64,000 bases of DNA, from NCBI GenBank assembly GCA_030141605.1, contig JAQGDQ010000005.1:1-64000 (forward strand), written 5' to 3'. Positions within the stretch are counted from its first letter, which is position 1, and every line of letters begins with the position of its first letter. The notes beneath the pieces are model-generated. The model saw only the letters and a list, made by a program, of their open reading frames with translations. It made no database searches and was not told the origin of the DNA. The DNA comes from Tubiluchus corallicola. Lineage: Eukaryota; Animalia; Priapulida. The position numbers were made by a program, and so were the translations under genes. Below are positions 13,642 through 28,664 of this stretch, piece by piece.

Positions 13642-16600
13642 GTGATCGCGACGCAAGAAGCAAGAAACAAAGATGCTAAGGACTGTCTTGCTCAGCCAAG
13701 CTTGCCTTTCATGAGAAAAATGACGAGGTGAGTTCTCTTGGTTCGATTAGTTTCCAAAAACTGATGAAATTGAATAAAATTCGAGCGTGGACGGTAAAGT
13801 AAGTTGCTACTGTCAAATTCGAATGATATATGATACGATTCAAACAGCTTTTACAAGCGAGAAAATTTTATAGGTTCTCTCGGCTTACAATTATCAGCAC
13901 ATAAACTTGAAAATATGCTACCAGAAAAACTGACAACCGTCACTGAACAGAGCGGATAAAGAGATTAATGTAAATCATTAAAAACTAATTACAGAGATAA
14001 AAATGTAGTCCGGCATGCATAAGATAGAGTTAGAGTGTATGCACATGCGTCCAGAGAATTGAGACCGATTTAAAAAAACCCACGGAAGTTTCTCGTTGGA
14101 GAAGAATAAATAAAACTTAATGTATTTTTTATTTTTTTGCTACAAATTTAAATAAAGTTATTTTTCTTTTGTTATTTGGAATTTACTCATCCTAAACAAT
14201 TTGATACTTTTGCCAATTCAACAAAGTTTATCATGCTTTGGGGATCTAAGTATAAGTTAACACTAAACGTATGCTGAAAGACAGATATATGGTGCTCATG
14301 GCTGATTACCTTGGAACTGAACGTGATGGTAGCCATGATGAACTGAACATTTGTTAATTTGAATTACAGTTTTCGTAAATTACTCCTCTAGAGACATGGG
14401 TAGTTTGGTTAAACAATGTACTTAACAGTAATGAGCAACTGAATTACTCAAACTGAGTCTTCAAATTGGTTGTTAATGTACTCATTCTCTGCGACACATT
14501 ATTTTAATAGCTTGGGCTTGCAGTTTTTATGTTGCTAGCCCGCAAAACTGCTTTATGCAGAAAGTGGCATAATTATAATAAAATTGCCGACAAAGCGTAG
14601 AAAATTTTTTCTGCCTAAATATAAAGCAAGCATTCTGTAGTGTTAAGCGTGAATTTACATTCTGTGTATAAGATGAATCCGACAGATTCCTCGTTAACAG
14701 ATTCTCATATGCTTACTCATTATTCACATATGCAATTTACAAACTGCATGACAACGAACAGTTTGCCTTTAGGGCTTTCCTAGGTGGCAGCGCAAACCTG
14801 GGATCCAAAACTTAGACCACTTGCAGATATTTTATGTAAATGCATGCTGCTGTTATTACTGTGATTATCCAATTGCCATATGAGGGACGAATTGCAGCAA
14901 ATTGGTTATTTTCTTATCCAGTATAACAGCCTTTCAAAAATTAAAATATTTTCTGAAACTCTGCTTGTAACTTGGACATGCTCTGTCTCTCTATTATTAT
15001 ACAAATTTATTCAGATCTGATTCAGATGAATTATTCATAGATAAGGAGTCGTTGTAAATTCGTTATGTTACACAGAGCGAAATTCAAATAGTTCACGTTA
15101 CCACTGTGTGTAACGTGATTCTCTTTATTCATGTTGTAAAAACTGTGAAAAAAATGTGATTATAGTTTAATAATAAGCATCTTGATATATACAAGCATTT
15201 CGCGTTCAATGACATCTAATTATTGGGTATGTACTGTACTGTCAATTTCTGGTGCTTTAAATGCTTGTTTTTATAGAATCTAGTAATATACTATTTGTTT
15301 CATTTTTCAAATGTATATCATTCATGTATTAACGAAAACCCGAACAAAACTACGAAAAATTAAATGCGAAAATAAAAGATGGACTTGTTACCAAAAGTAT
15401 GTACTAAGTAATAATAAGTTGCACAATTTCTGGTACTTTAATAACTAAACATTGCGTTGCCAGAAAAGATATTTTGGAACTCAAATGTAACTATTAATGG
15501 GAGTGAAACAGAGGCTCTGAACTAGGGAAACTTAAATGAACGATGTAGAGACAGTAAAACGACTCAAGGGGAGAAACGATCGCTTACGTTTTCAGGTTTA
15601 TAAGATTTTGTTTTGGAACATTTAACATTTGGCCCATTCGTTACTACGTTATTTAATTATTTTACTTAATTTTATTTGGTTTTATTTTTGAAATACATCG
15701 CTCTATGAACAAACCACATTACCCACACACGTTTTGTAGAAATACCGTTACACATAATTATTAAGGTAGTTTGGAATACATGGATCAGTATAGTGTATGT
15801 ATATTGACAGCGCATGTCATTTGTGGATGAGCATATGACAAGGCACACGGCTAGACAGATTGCAACTAGATGACTGCGTCTTTATCATGTAAATTCTTCT
15901 TTCACACGTTCCTGTGCGCCTGAAATTAATTCGACGATTAGTTATCATAATTGTCAGACGAAAATCGCTGCGAAGAGTAATAGGCTTTGCTTTTAATCTA
16001 TATCATAACCAATAAGGGTGGTTAAGGTCATACATATACACAGCATAGATGGCTAACCGCATAATAAGATACAAAAAATCTGATAATCCAATGTGTAAGT
16101 GTTGTTCGTGCGAAATCATCCGTTCGCTTGTGCGGTTCGAGCCTATTAACGACTGAATGCTCTGTTATGAAGGCATATTTCAAAATAATTACATTAGAAA
16201 CCCATTTCTGTCATTTTAACTTCATCACGAAAAAGTTAATCTCGCGAGCTGGTGTTATTAATAACGAGAATAATGGATGAGTAACATACAAATGACTGTC
16301 AACCCAACTACAATGCGCTGCGGCTTCATTACGCCTATATATTGTGGTAAATATTTGGTTCGGTGCATATCGAATTAGGATGGCAGTATGATGTAATTTC
16401 TGCACTCTCTCGATGAATGGGATCCTCACGTGGACAAAAGACGAACTTTTTTATCAACAACTTGAGCTGTCCTCAGCTGCTATACGGAAATTTGCAGCCC
16501 ATTTGAGGGTAACTCTACTCCCGCATCTGCTGCTGATCCGGTAAGCTTGTGCATGTAAAACAGATAGCGTGTCCTGTTAATCTAATAAGGCGATGTTTGC

Positions 16601-17127
16601 TCATTATTTAAGTCGAATTAGAATCATGAAACGTCCATATGCGCATCTGAGATATGGGGCATTTTTCATGCTGTGTCCACAATAATCATCGCTACGTAAA
16701 CAGCAGACTGACGTACTATTCTTCTCCGGGGACAAATGTCGCATAAAGATATCAGCATTCTACGCTATTTGTCTTCATACTATTACTATTATTAAATGGA
16801 TGTGGAGAGATGTGGGGTTACAGATGTAGGGGGCAGTGTCGTCCCAGCGAGAAAGTGTAATCATTGTGGGAGTTTTGGTAAAAACTGTTACATCAAAATG
16901 GCAATTTGTTAATGTTCTTCCAACTGCGTCCATAGTCAGCAATTTACTACTCTACGATAACAATTTGCAGAATGAACTGCAATTTTTAGCACATTGAAGT
17001 TTTCCTCGTGGTGTTAAATCTCATTTGAGCGGATGGTCCTATATCCGTAATAGACCTATAAATCAGAGAATTGAAAAATTTGAGTTGTGATACGCACCTA
17101 TTGAATATACATGATGTGAAAGATTTC

Positions 17128-20071
17128 TTATTTTTGCTGTCTATTGTATCGTAATATAAGAATTGATTGGTGAAGTTGTGCACGGTGACTGTTTACTAAA
17201 TGCCATTTCAGGCGGTAAAAGGCATTTCTCTGTGAAATGACATGTACAAGCAAAGCGGATTATAAGTAAAAAGTTTCTAAAAACTAAATTAAATTTTTGT
17301 TTTGTCAGTTTACTATGTCAAGTTCTTTACATTACAAATGTTTTACAAAACGATAACTAACAGCTATACAACTGTAAATAGTCAGTCTTAACTAATTTTA
17401 TCTCGTCATGTACTATCATCGCACTTCATATAATTAAACAGCTAATTCGGAGCTGTCGCAAGGTTCAATTGTAAGTCCGCTCTTATTCTTGATGCACATA
17501 GAACAACATATATGTAAGCTTCGAATTATAATAAAACCGCCAACCTTGTAGTGGATGTAACTGGATTAATAAATTTTAATGTGTATTCGTATAAACAAAC
17601 CTTCAATTTCAGACTGTTTCAAAGAAAATAAATTGCTGTTAATGTAAGCAAAACAACGTACATGCATAATTAATTATAATATAAGATTTCATTCTAGAAA
17701 CAAAACAGTTCCTGTAACAAAAATCAAGCCAAAATACTAAATAACGTCCATTAATTTTTTCAAGATTGATTGTTAGAATTAAACATCGTTGCTCAGTGAG
17801 TTCATATACAAAACTTATTTTAAAGTACTTACTGCGTTCTTCAAATGTCCAATGTTGTGTAACCATATTATATTTTAAAAGAATTAAGTTCAATTTACGT
17901 TGAAAACCAGAAATTTTGACAGCATTACTAAATCTTGAAGAAAGGTTTATAACATTGCGGCATTTATATGTTACGAAAGCGTATGATCTAAAATATTGTG
18001 ATTATTATCAATAGTATACTATTCATATTATATACAAGATCAAAAGGTTTTCTATGATCTATGAGTAAACTCATGTAGTTTCAAATGTTTTTGACATATA
18101 GTTTTGTCACTAAACTCACCACTGTAGTTTTCCTTGTGGTGTTCCGGCCGGCCGGAGTAACCGACTCGTGAAATTGGTTTGCTAAACAGAGGATAGATGA
18201 ACGTAATGGCTGTGCGGCTTTCTTGCTGCCAGGAGGAAAATGAAAATACGTTTCTATTAAGTACCCAGCATGCATGAGCTGTCTGTCTTGATTGTGATCA
18301 AACCCTCTTCCATGCAATTTAACTTCGTAGGTTGCGTCTCTAACGCCAAGGTGTGAGGAAAACTCGCTCTCAGGAATTGCCATTTTTACATCTCTATAGG
18401 GAAATCATATAAATGTATAGAGAAAGTATGTGATAGTCCAAATAAAAGCCATTTTTACACAATTCAGCACTCTACTAACCATTATCAAGGCTCGAAGAGT
18501 TGTGTCTCATTATGCAAAATTAATTCTCAAAGAAGTTATGAATTAATCACATTTGATAAGTACGTACCTTTCCCAACAAGATAAATATCTGGAGGAAGTT
18601 CCCAGCACATGAATCCATTCAAAATCAATTTTCTCGGATGTCGCCTTGATAGTCTCGGCTTGTTTCACTTCCTGACTGCACACATTGACCATTAAGCTGT
18701 CCACTTGTTTTGATATTAATTAACGTTTATTGTTTAGTGACATGTATTTTTGAATATAATTTTAAATAGAAATAAAAAATTCTAGTTTTGCATTTTTAAA
18801 TACATGACAACGACATTTTAATATAGAAGTCGAGAACGTTTTGTAAGAAGGCGTGGAAGTACTATTATTTAGTAAACACGATTAAGTTATGCTATTTTAA
18901 AAATAAAATAATTAGTTAGCACATGACAAAAAATGCAACGAATATTTTTTGAAACAATGAAAGAGACAAACTAACATCGGTGGCCACTCCGCGTTGGGAA
19001 TGCCGCATAGTTTCCTATAGAGGCTCTTTGAGCAAATGGGAACCTGAGGCAGAGTAAAATATGTTAAAGCATGCAAAGTGCACTGCAGCTAAGCTAGTAC
19101 CCTAGGCACTATACAGAATTGCATAATGTCTAGGGTACTAGTAGGGTAATTCAATCCAACTCTATTTTTTGTCTCTCAGTAAACATGTAACAATGAGTTA
19201 GTAATTATTAACAGCAAAAAAGCGGGTTGGGGAAAGACCATAGTATTTCCAGGTAAGACACAGTATTGGTTATTGGAAGCTGCTATACTTTTTATTTATT
19301 CAAGTTCGCCTGACACATTTATTTCTCGTGCAATCTTCGACATTCAAATTTTAACGCAGGCATCATTTTAGTAAAAAAATCTAATGCAACTGTCTTAAAT
19401 TGCCCGTCTAAGCTATATACTGGGCGAGCTTAAAAATTAGAAATGCAATTGTGCGAACGCTGGAATAAATTTAGCGTTTTCTGTGCAACAGAGTGATTCC
19501 ATTAGCGTAGGTTAGAGGTGTAAGTCCAGGATAGGTCAAATTACTAAGAGAGGACATGTGTTCTTTAAAGTACAAGTGACAATTCCGTTTAATTGGAAAT
19601 CTTCGTTAATGGCTTAGCAAGAAAACTGCGTTAGCTATGATCACATACATTTTACTCAATAATTTGTTAGAATTTCTGAGTCTAGCCCGCGTATCAAACC
19701 TTATTGCTCTCTTAATCTGTTTTAACATTTGCAGACTGCGAATTTAACGTGTGTTTGTAAAACTGGTGTACAATTACATGGTGAATAAGTTTGGATAAAT
19801 ATCTAATTGTGTAATTTGTGTTCAAAATTTTGTAAATAAAAAGCCAGAAGTTACCTTGGGATTCGATGGTTCCAAGGTTCCAACAGCAGGTTTAGAGATC
19901 CCTTAAAAGAAGTAATTTTTACACAATTCGTCCCACTACAAGCCAAAGTCCAGTAATCAGCGGACGGGCGTATTTAATGTCGATGTTTGTCGGCAAACTT
20001 GTGCCTGGCTCTTTATCAATAATTTTTTTCGAAGATGAGCCATTAAAAACCAGCTGATGTGACTTAGCCAT
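17128..20071 (-). pseudogene. Candidate 4-exon gene or pseudogene of unknown function with an apparent 1-nt frameshift in exon 1
   Basis: Exons 20071-19855 (CAACATGG start context, GTAACT donor), 18675 or 18696-18568 (GTACGT donor), 18393-18120 (CCTATAG acceptor, GTGAGT donor), 17229-17128. Phases join in frame only if one A is added near 19973-19975. No confident homology. Confidence 0.35.
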
Positions 20072-23000
20072 GTTGGGATATATATATATATATATAATCC
20101 GTCTAGAAAATAGAAAGGGAGAACGAATACGGCGTATGAAACAGCATGAGTAGACCTAAGGACCGCAAGCCTTTCACTAACCAGCTTCGGCGAGACTTAA
20201 ACTTTGATGTGAAGCACATGTCATTTCAACTAAACTAAAAGGGTAAAACAAACAGTAAAATTGTGCATTGAATCTATATTGCAGGATACTCTTCTGTAAT
20301 TGTGTTTTTCAATGCTATAATGTGACCAATGCTATTCACAAATGACAAACTGGTCACTTTTCTGAAGATTGTGAACCACCTTTATGTAGGTTCGTACTGG
20401 AGCGATATGTGCTAAATCGGTACGTGACCGGTGGGCATAGTAACTCTTGTGATTGGGGTCACTTGCCAAGATTCAATTGTGGGGATAACTCTCACACAGG
20501 CGCCAAATCTTATATCAGTCACAGATGTGTGGAAGATTTATATTTATCTGTTTTGATGACAAAAGTGCTCGTGTTGTCTTCTACTCTAATGACGTCATTG
20601 TTTCGTATGAAATATCAATAAAACTCTTTTTCTCCGCATCTGCTGCGATTAATGTCAAATGACAACTGATTACTGAAAACAGGAAAGAGTTTACTAAATT
20701 AAGTCTAGCTCTTAAACACTGATACTGTGAACACATCGTTGGCAAGTTTTGGAATTATCTTTCGCTGTTTACATTTTTCAAATTTAGCTTGCACGGGTCT
20801 AACTCGAGCTTGTAGACGTGGTTTTTAATGTCGTTTTATGGGGAAAGTAAAACTATAAATACCTCAAAAATTTGTTTACCGATAAACGGTCCGAAATGAT
20901 CAAATCTGCATGATAACTGTAAATTTCAAATATCGTTAGCCTTTGCATGTTAAAAATAAGTGTTAAATAAAAAATAAAAATAGCACAAAATGAAGATGAC
21001 TTTTCATTTCTGTATTATATTATATATACGTGCAATCATGTGTTCAAAGAAGTTTTCATGAGTTAAGTTGTCGCTAAATCCAATTAAACTCTTCTTTTCT
21101 GTACGTTTTAATTTACAGAATCTATGGAAGGCAGTGCAATCGAAAAAGTTCAGGTGACTCTTTTGACGAGTTTGGCAGGTTTTAGCAAGAGGTTGAGCAG
21201 TTTGGCACCATGGCAGGAAAAAAATCATTGCCGTTAGACATTTTACGTAGGAATTAAAATATTTCAAACGTTTGAAACGTTAGCTCAAGACACAGCGTTG
21301 CATGCACGTGCATTCAGGCACAGGCGTGTTTCTAAGACTGCATAAATCGTTATCAAAAAGCACCTGCTCTGCCATACCACTGAATAAACGACTTGTTTTT
21401 TTCATGATTTTGTTGATCGATTCTGCGACTGTTTCGTCGATGTTTTCCGCTAACTGTCCTGTCAAAATTCGTTATTCATTATGCACGTTTATGCAGAAAC
21501 GGCTTTAAAGCAATCATCATAATTGACACAAGTCATCACCAAATTTGCTGCAGAATGTGGCAGCACAGAAACAGAAGGGTGGGCCACCTTTTTCTGCCCA
21601 AAAGTGGAGGCCGATATTAGGCAGTTATTAAAAACGAATTGGTTTTGTCAATTTTGTCACATTATTTTTAGTGCCTCAGATGGTGCACGCATTTTTGGTA
21701 AAATTAGTAGGTGTGCGTTATTTCTGCACAACAGCCCATGTGCGGACAGATGCACTTTTTATCGAAAAATCTATTAATGTGCATGATAATGTGCTAGACT
21801 TGAAGATATTGATTTGATTGAAGTGACATTATATATTACAAGCGAACATTTTCTATGCAGATTTGTAGCATTGTTCAGTGGGAAAAGCACTGATGACATT
21901 TGTCAGTTAAACGTGAATATGGACAAGCTGAATGCCGGCATTATCACGATATGAATGCCTTATGCAAAATAAGAAGAGTGTTTGTAGACGTAAGGCGTGG
22001 AATACAAAAGACACTGGAGTGGATTGAAATCGACGTCGTTGCGCATCTAACGAGTTTTGTAAATGGAAGTCATATTTGTTTAGAAATAATTACATACTTA
22101 TTGGGTTAATTAATGTTAAATAGTTTCATGGTAAACATATGTATAGTTGTCAATTGGAGAAGCACATAACGCTTTTAATAGTTATCGCTTTTTAGATATC
22201 GCTTTCAATTGATTGCCATCTTGAAATTCAGTATTGTTGTTCAGAATTTCAACATTTTTTAACTAACGTAAAATAGACTATTGATTGCAGATTTACATTT
22301 TTTCTAGGATTTCGTTTTTGGCTTGTTGGGTAGCACAGATAGCGGCGTTTTGGCCTTCAAAATACAATAGTTTAAAACGTCAAATGTTTTGTAGTTTTTA
22401 CTTATTGCCTGTTTTTAAACATGTATGTATATAACTCGTGGTTATAATCGCCTTGTTGGATCTGTTTATGTTCCGCATCGTTTTCCCAAAAAACATTTTC
22501 CCCCACTGGACAACTTTTTTAAAAAGCAAGCTTACCTCACTTACCACACATAAACTAATACGCAAAAGTTTTGTTGACTTGCACCGTTAAATTTTTAATT
22601 GGATAGACAACCAGAGCAAAAAGTCCCTGTACAACTTGTTGAGAGTCTTATCGCTGTTTGTTATGACATGTTGCAGGCATAATTAGTTATAAGTTTGTAC
22701 ATACGAGGCTAAGCCATAATTGGCTTTTGACGGAAGCCCGGGGGTGGAGAAACTGTATTATCAGGTGCGGACACCCGTCGTTTAAACACCTGCTATTGTT
22801 CAGTAGTCATTTATTATGCAATTTGAAATGTATCCCAAATTCAAAACTAGTGCCTGTTTCTCTGGAGTCCTATTCAATTGCTATTATGCGCTAACCCAGA
22901 CAGATGGTCGTGCTATAATAAGCTGAATATGAATACAATAGTAGGCCCAAGGCGCGTGCTGAGAGGTAAACATATAGTCTGCTGATAATAAATGAATAGT

Positions 23001-26000
23001 AAGGGACTGCTTAGTAAACTGTAAGGCTGAGTAATTATCCAGCTTGCCCTAAATCTGTCAAAACTTGCAAGTTCAGTTACATATAATCTGGTGGACACGT
23101 TTATGTAGGTAGATTGTTTTGCTCGGTTTTAGATTTGAATTCATTTTGAGTTTAAATGAGAATGTTTTGAAAAAAGAAAGGAGGGAGTAAATACCTGAGA
23201 TTAGTAGCTTTATAATATAATAGTACTATCAGACGATTAGCTCTGCTGTTATAGAACTGTAAGATTAGGCATCTAGATATGAAAAGCTCTATATTTTTGT
23301 AGTTATCATTTAAATGAGGCAGCTGGCAAATTGATTTATAAAAAGTATGATAAAAAGGCTTATGTATCTACGGTGAAATTTAATAAGCGTCTTTCCGCAC
23401 TTGCTCATGCAGAACTAATTGTTCCCATCACCAACATAATGTTCAAATCTCCGAGACAAGTTTTACTCAACAAGCACATTATAGCACATGATGAAGCTGC
23501 TGTTTTAGTCATGCATTAGCATATCTTTATTGTCTATTAATTTAGTGTGCAATCGCCTCTGGTATGGGCATCTGTTCCACACTCGCTTTTGTCACGAGCA
23601 ATGAAGAACCCTCCTATCTCAACCTATTAACCAATTACCGACAATCTGATGTTAGCGAATCCAAGCGTGGCATGATGTGCGCATGCGTGCACGCCAGGAA
23701 ACCACGCAATATATTACGAAACTCTGACTAAACACAGCAACAGATGTGGCATTAAGTTAGGAATGACAGAAGCGTGGCAAGCAGACGAAGTGATGAACTC
23801 TGATTAGAACAGGTGCAAAACATACATTCAACTTTGTATTTATAACCGTTACAAGTAACAGTTTTGTTTGCTAATAGCACCAGGTGATGCAAGACTTTTC
23901 TGAACAATCATTTGCGTTTAAGCAGAAAATTGGACCAAGCCCGTTCAACTAAATTTGGCTTGTCTGAAAAGTGACGTCATTGCTTACTATAGCTTTTCAA
24001 GTATAATTTGTGGTAAGATGATTCATTTCCTTATAAATTGTAAGAAGAATGTTCTAAAATATTTTAAACGTGTCTTAGTTTCAATGCTATTATTATTATA
24101 TTATAGATAACGAAATGTAATCTAAAAATAAGAGTAAGCGAGCATTCAATTTTTTTCACAAAAGTGAAAAAAGGCTAAAAATAATTTCAGACTTCTGTTT
24201 CTTAACAAATGACTGACAATGATCGTAAGCTGAATAAAATTATATATCTTCAGTGTTGAGATAAAAGCTGAAAAGGCGCACTGAGTCATTAAAATAAGAA
24301 ACTTTGCATTCGTTATTTAACAAAGTTCATAAGCAGCAAGAATTTTTTGACACCTTCTACGTTGAAGGTATTAACGGATATATCAAGTTTATTCATGTTA
24401 CAAAGTGAAATCTTATTAGTTCATAAAATTGTAAAGCATGTGCTTGTATCACAGATAATAGTAAAGTCACGATGTGTAACACTAATGGTTTATGCTTTCG
24501 AGTATATTATCTTTATAAAATGCATATTATCTTTTGTCACCAAACTTTTGAGTCAATCTCAACAGTAAACAGTGATTCGTGGCGCAATGTTCTTCACGTT
24601 TCCAGTTGAAAAGGTTCTCGCGACAGTGTTATACAGAATACACATAGTATACTTCGTTTTTGTTCATCATACAGCTTATTAGTGGACATTAAATGGAAAT
24701 GTTCCTCATTAAACAACAAAATTTTGCCCAAGAGGAAAATCAATTAAGAATTTGGTATGTTGGTATGTATGCTACTGCTAGTGAGGCTCTACGTTACGTT
24801 AAGGCATCATGCATAGTTTCAGTGGAACCTGTTTTGTTATAAAGAAATAAGGCTCACCTGTGTCAAGTGGTATTTTATCTATGGTATTTATTCATACTGC
24901 ATGATGCTGAAGTGCTAGGAATAAGGCGTTTTCGTACGAAACCTATTTTTATAAAGCGATTATACAAACTGTTTTACAGTATTTGTATCCACTAATTTTA
25001 ATCAATGAGAACGGATATCTTTTAATACCGTCACATTTTGTTTGCTTGCAATGTGATTACAATTGTAAAATAATCGAAAAATATTTTTCGCTAGTTGTTT
25101 TAGTAGACCTACCTATTATTGGTCAAGTTAAAACTAAACAAAGCCCATTTCACGAGAAAAATAATAATGCAAATCAATTTAATTCTTAAATGAATATACA
25201 TTCTACACTACACTTTATTATGCAATCAGGAAAGTACATCTTCGTTAGAGACTTTGAATTTGTTCTTTCTAGTTATAACATCAAATTTGTTAGTGGTAAA
25301 TTTTACTGTGTTTGAATTCATGCAGTTGTCTATAAAGCGGAAGCGCTAGTTAATTTTGTTTCCGATATTTTCCTGTTTGAGGGCCAAAACTACGAACCAC
25401 CTAGGGGCCGGTGGGGTAACTGTTGAAAGACAAAACAGGTACATACTTGTTATACAGCACCTTTTCTGACTAAAAATATGTATACCTGTAATAAAAATGT
25501 AAATAATTATGTAGTTTTGTTAATAATAATTGCTTAGGTTAAGAAAAATCGCAGATTTGCTAATCATACTCACATTTTAATGCATCTGAGGGCATCGCGG
25601 TTTTTAATTCCTTTTTTTTGTTATAGTGGTGCAACAAATATCCCTCTGCAATATTCAAAATAATGTTCAATGTCATTCTCACGATAATAACTAATCATTT
25701 AGGATATAATGGCAGTCTTTAGAGCTGCACTATACCAATTAGACACTAGAAAGCGTATGAGCATTCGTTTAACTTACTTTGTGACATTTTTATAAATTTA
25801 AAATCTAATTTGCTTAAATAAATTGAAAAGTGGCTGCACTGTGCGAACAAATGAAACGTCACGTGAAAAGTTTCTTTTAAAATTTATTTCCCTTTCAGTT
25901 GCTTTTTTCTGTGTTGGTAGGCTGCATTTTAAAATATCATTGAAAACGAATTTTTGCAAGAATAATGAACGAAAGCCTAAATGTTTATGAGAAGTAAATG

Positions 26001-28664
26001 TCGGGTTTTTAGCTATCTTAGACTTTTGTAGACATTTGTGCTGTTGCTGGACAGTTTCTTGTACTGTCGGCTTAGACCTTTCTGAGCTTAAGGGTTAGGA
26101 CATTAATGGCAAACACAAATACGTTTGTAGAAAATAATAGATTTGTGTCTTCTGCATATAAATGTCTCAAATTATTAAAAACTTTTTGTGTTTAACTCGT
26201 TTTGCGTTGCAAACTTAGCAACAGTTCTTTTTTGTTTGATGTTTTATTTTGTACCTTTATTATATAGGGTAAAGAATGTATAGCAACTGGTAGTAGATGA
26301 AAAGCTGTTATTTTAGAAATAACAGTATAACGTAGTCTTCTTTTAATTATCTTAAATTTTTGTACATAACCTCAAGACGTGTGTGTAATCGGTGTCTACA
26401 TGCATGTTTTATACCAAAGTCCAATGATGCCCATATTATTACACAGCCGTTATAAATAATTTGTGACGCTTTTGTATTATTAATGTTCATAATTTAAAGT
26501 ATATAGAATTTTAAAATTCTAAACTCATAGTGTCACTGCTATTGTTATTGTATATTAAGATATCAGTATGGTCCCGCAAAACAGTTTTTAATTGTTGTTC
26601 GTGCAGTTAATTATTAGAAAAAACATTATTATTAAAACTTTGAGTAATTGATTAAGCAGTCAAACTTTATTATTATTATTATTAGCATTAGTAATAATAA
26701 TAACAATATTTGTTTTTTAAATAATATTTAATTATTTAAATGATCAGCAACAGAGCTTCAACTGAGAGAAACATGAAGTTAATAAACACAGCAGTTTATG
26801 AGAAACAATATTAACAGAATTTCAATTTTATCCGAAAAAAGAGATGCCGAAACGAACCAGATTGAAATTTAAATGTCAGTAACTTAAAAACCGTGAAAGA
26901 TCCCACAATCAGAACTATATCTACCATTAAAGGAGTTGTTTTTCTATGTGCAGTCACAATTTATTACTATATCGGGTCTATATTTATAATGAGTTGCTTT
27001 CTTTGTAAGTGAAATTTATGTATGAATTAGGATAATATAATATGCTTACACTGATTTGTCAATCCCATATAATTGTAATCGTATGTGAATTAGATTTACT
27101 TAGTTGGTACTTTAAAGTAAATTTGGTTTACTTTAAAAGATGGAACTATTAGGCTCTGTCTTGATCACGGGAAAATCTGCGCTGCTTCGGTCAAAGCTCT
27201 GAACTTAACCCGAATGCTCCTAGGTCGAAACCGAAACAATCTTTTTGCATTTTGCCTTTTTCGACCAATCTTATTTTCTAAAAGTTAATATTTGCAGTTG
27301 AGCTCCATTCGCCAGCTAGTTGTTTATTATTGTTCCTAATATTCTTTATGCTTATCAAGCTGGACTCGCAGAAGTGTTAAAACATTTATAGATATTGAAT
27401 AAGACGCTGATCTCGATTAAGATTACGCTACCGTTTTGCGCAATTTTATCATGTTATATTTACTTATTGCACAACAGACTGTTAAACTTCCGTATCACGT
27501 CATTATCGACTGTCAATATTCACAAACTCGTGTATTTCAATTATTATTTTAATGCTTACATTACGTTCGTAAAATAGCTGAATTCGTTTTACTGCCATTT
27601 TGCTAGACAATAAGCTAGGCAGATTCAGGGTTAGCTGGAATTATAAATTGAATAATGACACTTTTTATACCATGTTGTCATATCCCATTTTCCTTTCTCT
27701 TTTTATAAGAAAAACGGGCTAATATTAAACTTTACTTAAATTTCTTCTATGTTTTTTTCTAAGTTGTTTTGCAGCAAGCAGGGCGTCGCTTTCATAACTT
27801 ATTACATCTGCATTATTAAATTGTAAAACCAGGATGTTAGGAAACGAATCATCAGCCAGCTTAGTCCGACAGAAATCATCTGTTCCTATTGTTCGGCATA
27901 TTTTGCAAATAAAACGGCAATAATGAAACCTATTTGGTCTTTAAATGAGAAATTTTATAATGCTGGAATTCAATTTGGACGGCAAATTAAATCCATGCAT
28001 ACATCAATTATATTGCGGAGACCAGACTCCCGTCATGTTGAGCGGTAATTTGCTGGCAAATAGTATTCCTAGCTCTAGGAACGTTAGCATTTTTGTCTAT
28101 TCGCAGCGGAAAAATTGGCAATTGTATTTTAAAGTATGTTACAGGCAGTCAATAATGCTTTTAGTTTGAGGTAGGTACTGCCTAATATGCATTTTCGATG
28201 GTGCGTGTTGAACAACTAAAAGGGAGAAATGGCTATGCTTGGTGTTCAAAGCAAAATAGACTATGATAATATATCAAGCCTATACATATAGAAAAGCATA
28301 ATATTATTTATGAAAACTTATTTAGCTCGGCGAAACTCAGTGTGCGACGAGTCAAACAAGTCCGATACAAACTAGCTGAAACAAAAAAGAAACTGAATGC
28401 GTTTCTCACAATAAGAATGTTTTCTTACACAACTTAAAAAAATTAAATAAAATATTTAATTTATTTAAAAAATGCACAATTTCAGGTTGTTTTGCGCACG
28501 ACACTTACTTACGTTGACTGGTTTTATTATTTTATAAGTTTCAAACGGCACGTTAAAGTTATTTTGTTACCTTCTTGAGAAGTAGGAGTAGAAGTCATGT
28601 TTGCTTGTTCTTTACAGACTAGAAGGTTGCAAATTCGAAAAAAGCAAAAAGTGGAAGAGGTATT

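Noticed and set aside
16999-17015. GTTTTCCTCGTGGTGTT recurs (1 mismatch) near 18127, giving NTTRKT in two ORFs
   Set aside because: Only 17 bp with no extension on either side; the 16986-17183 frame does not splice in phase to the candidate gene.
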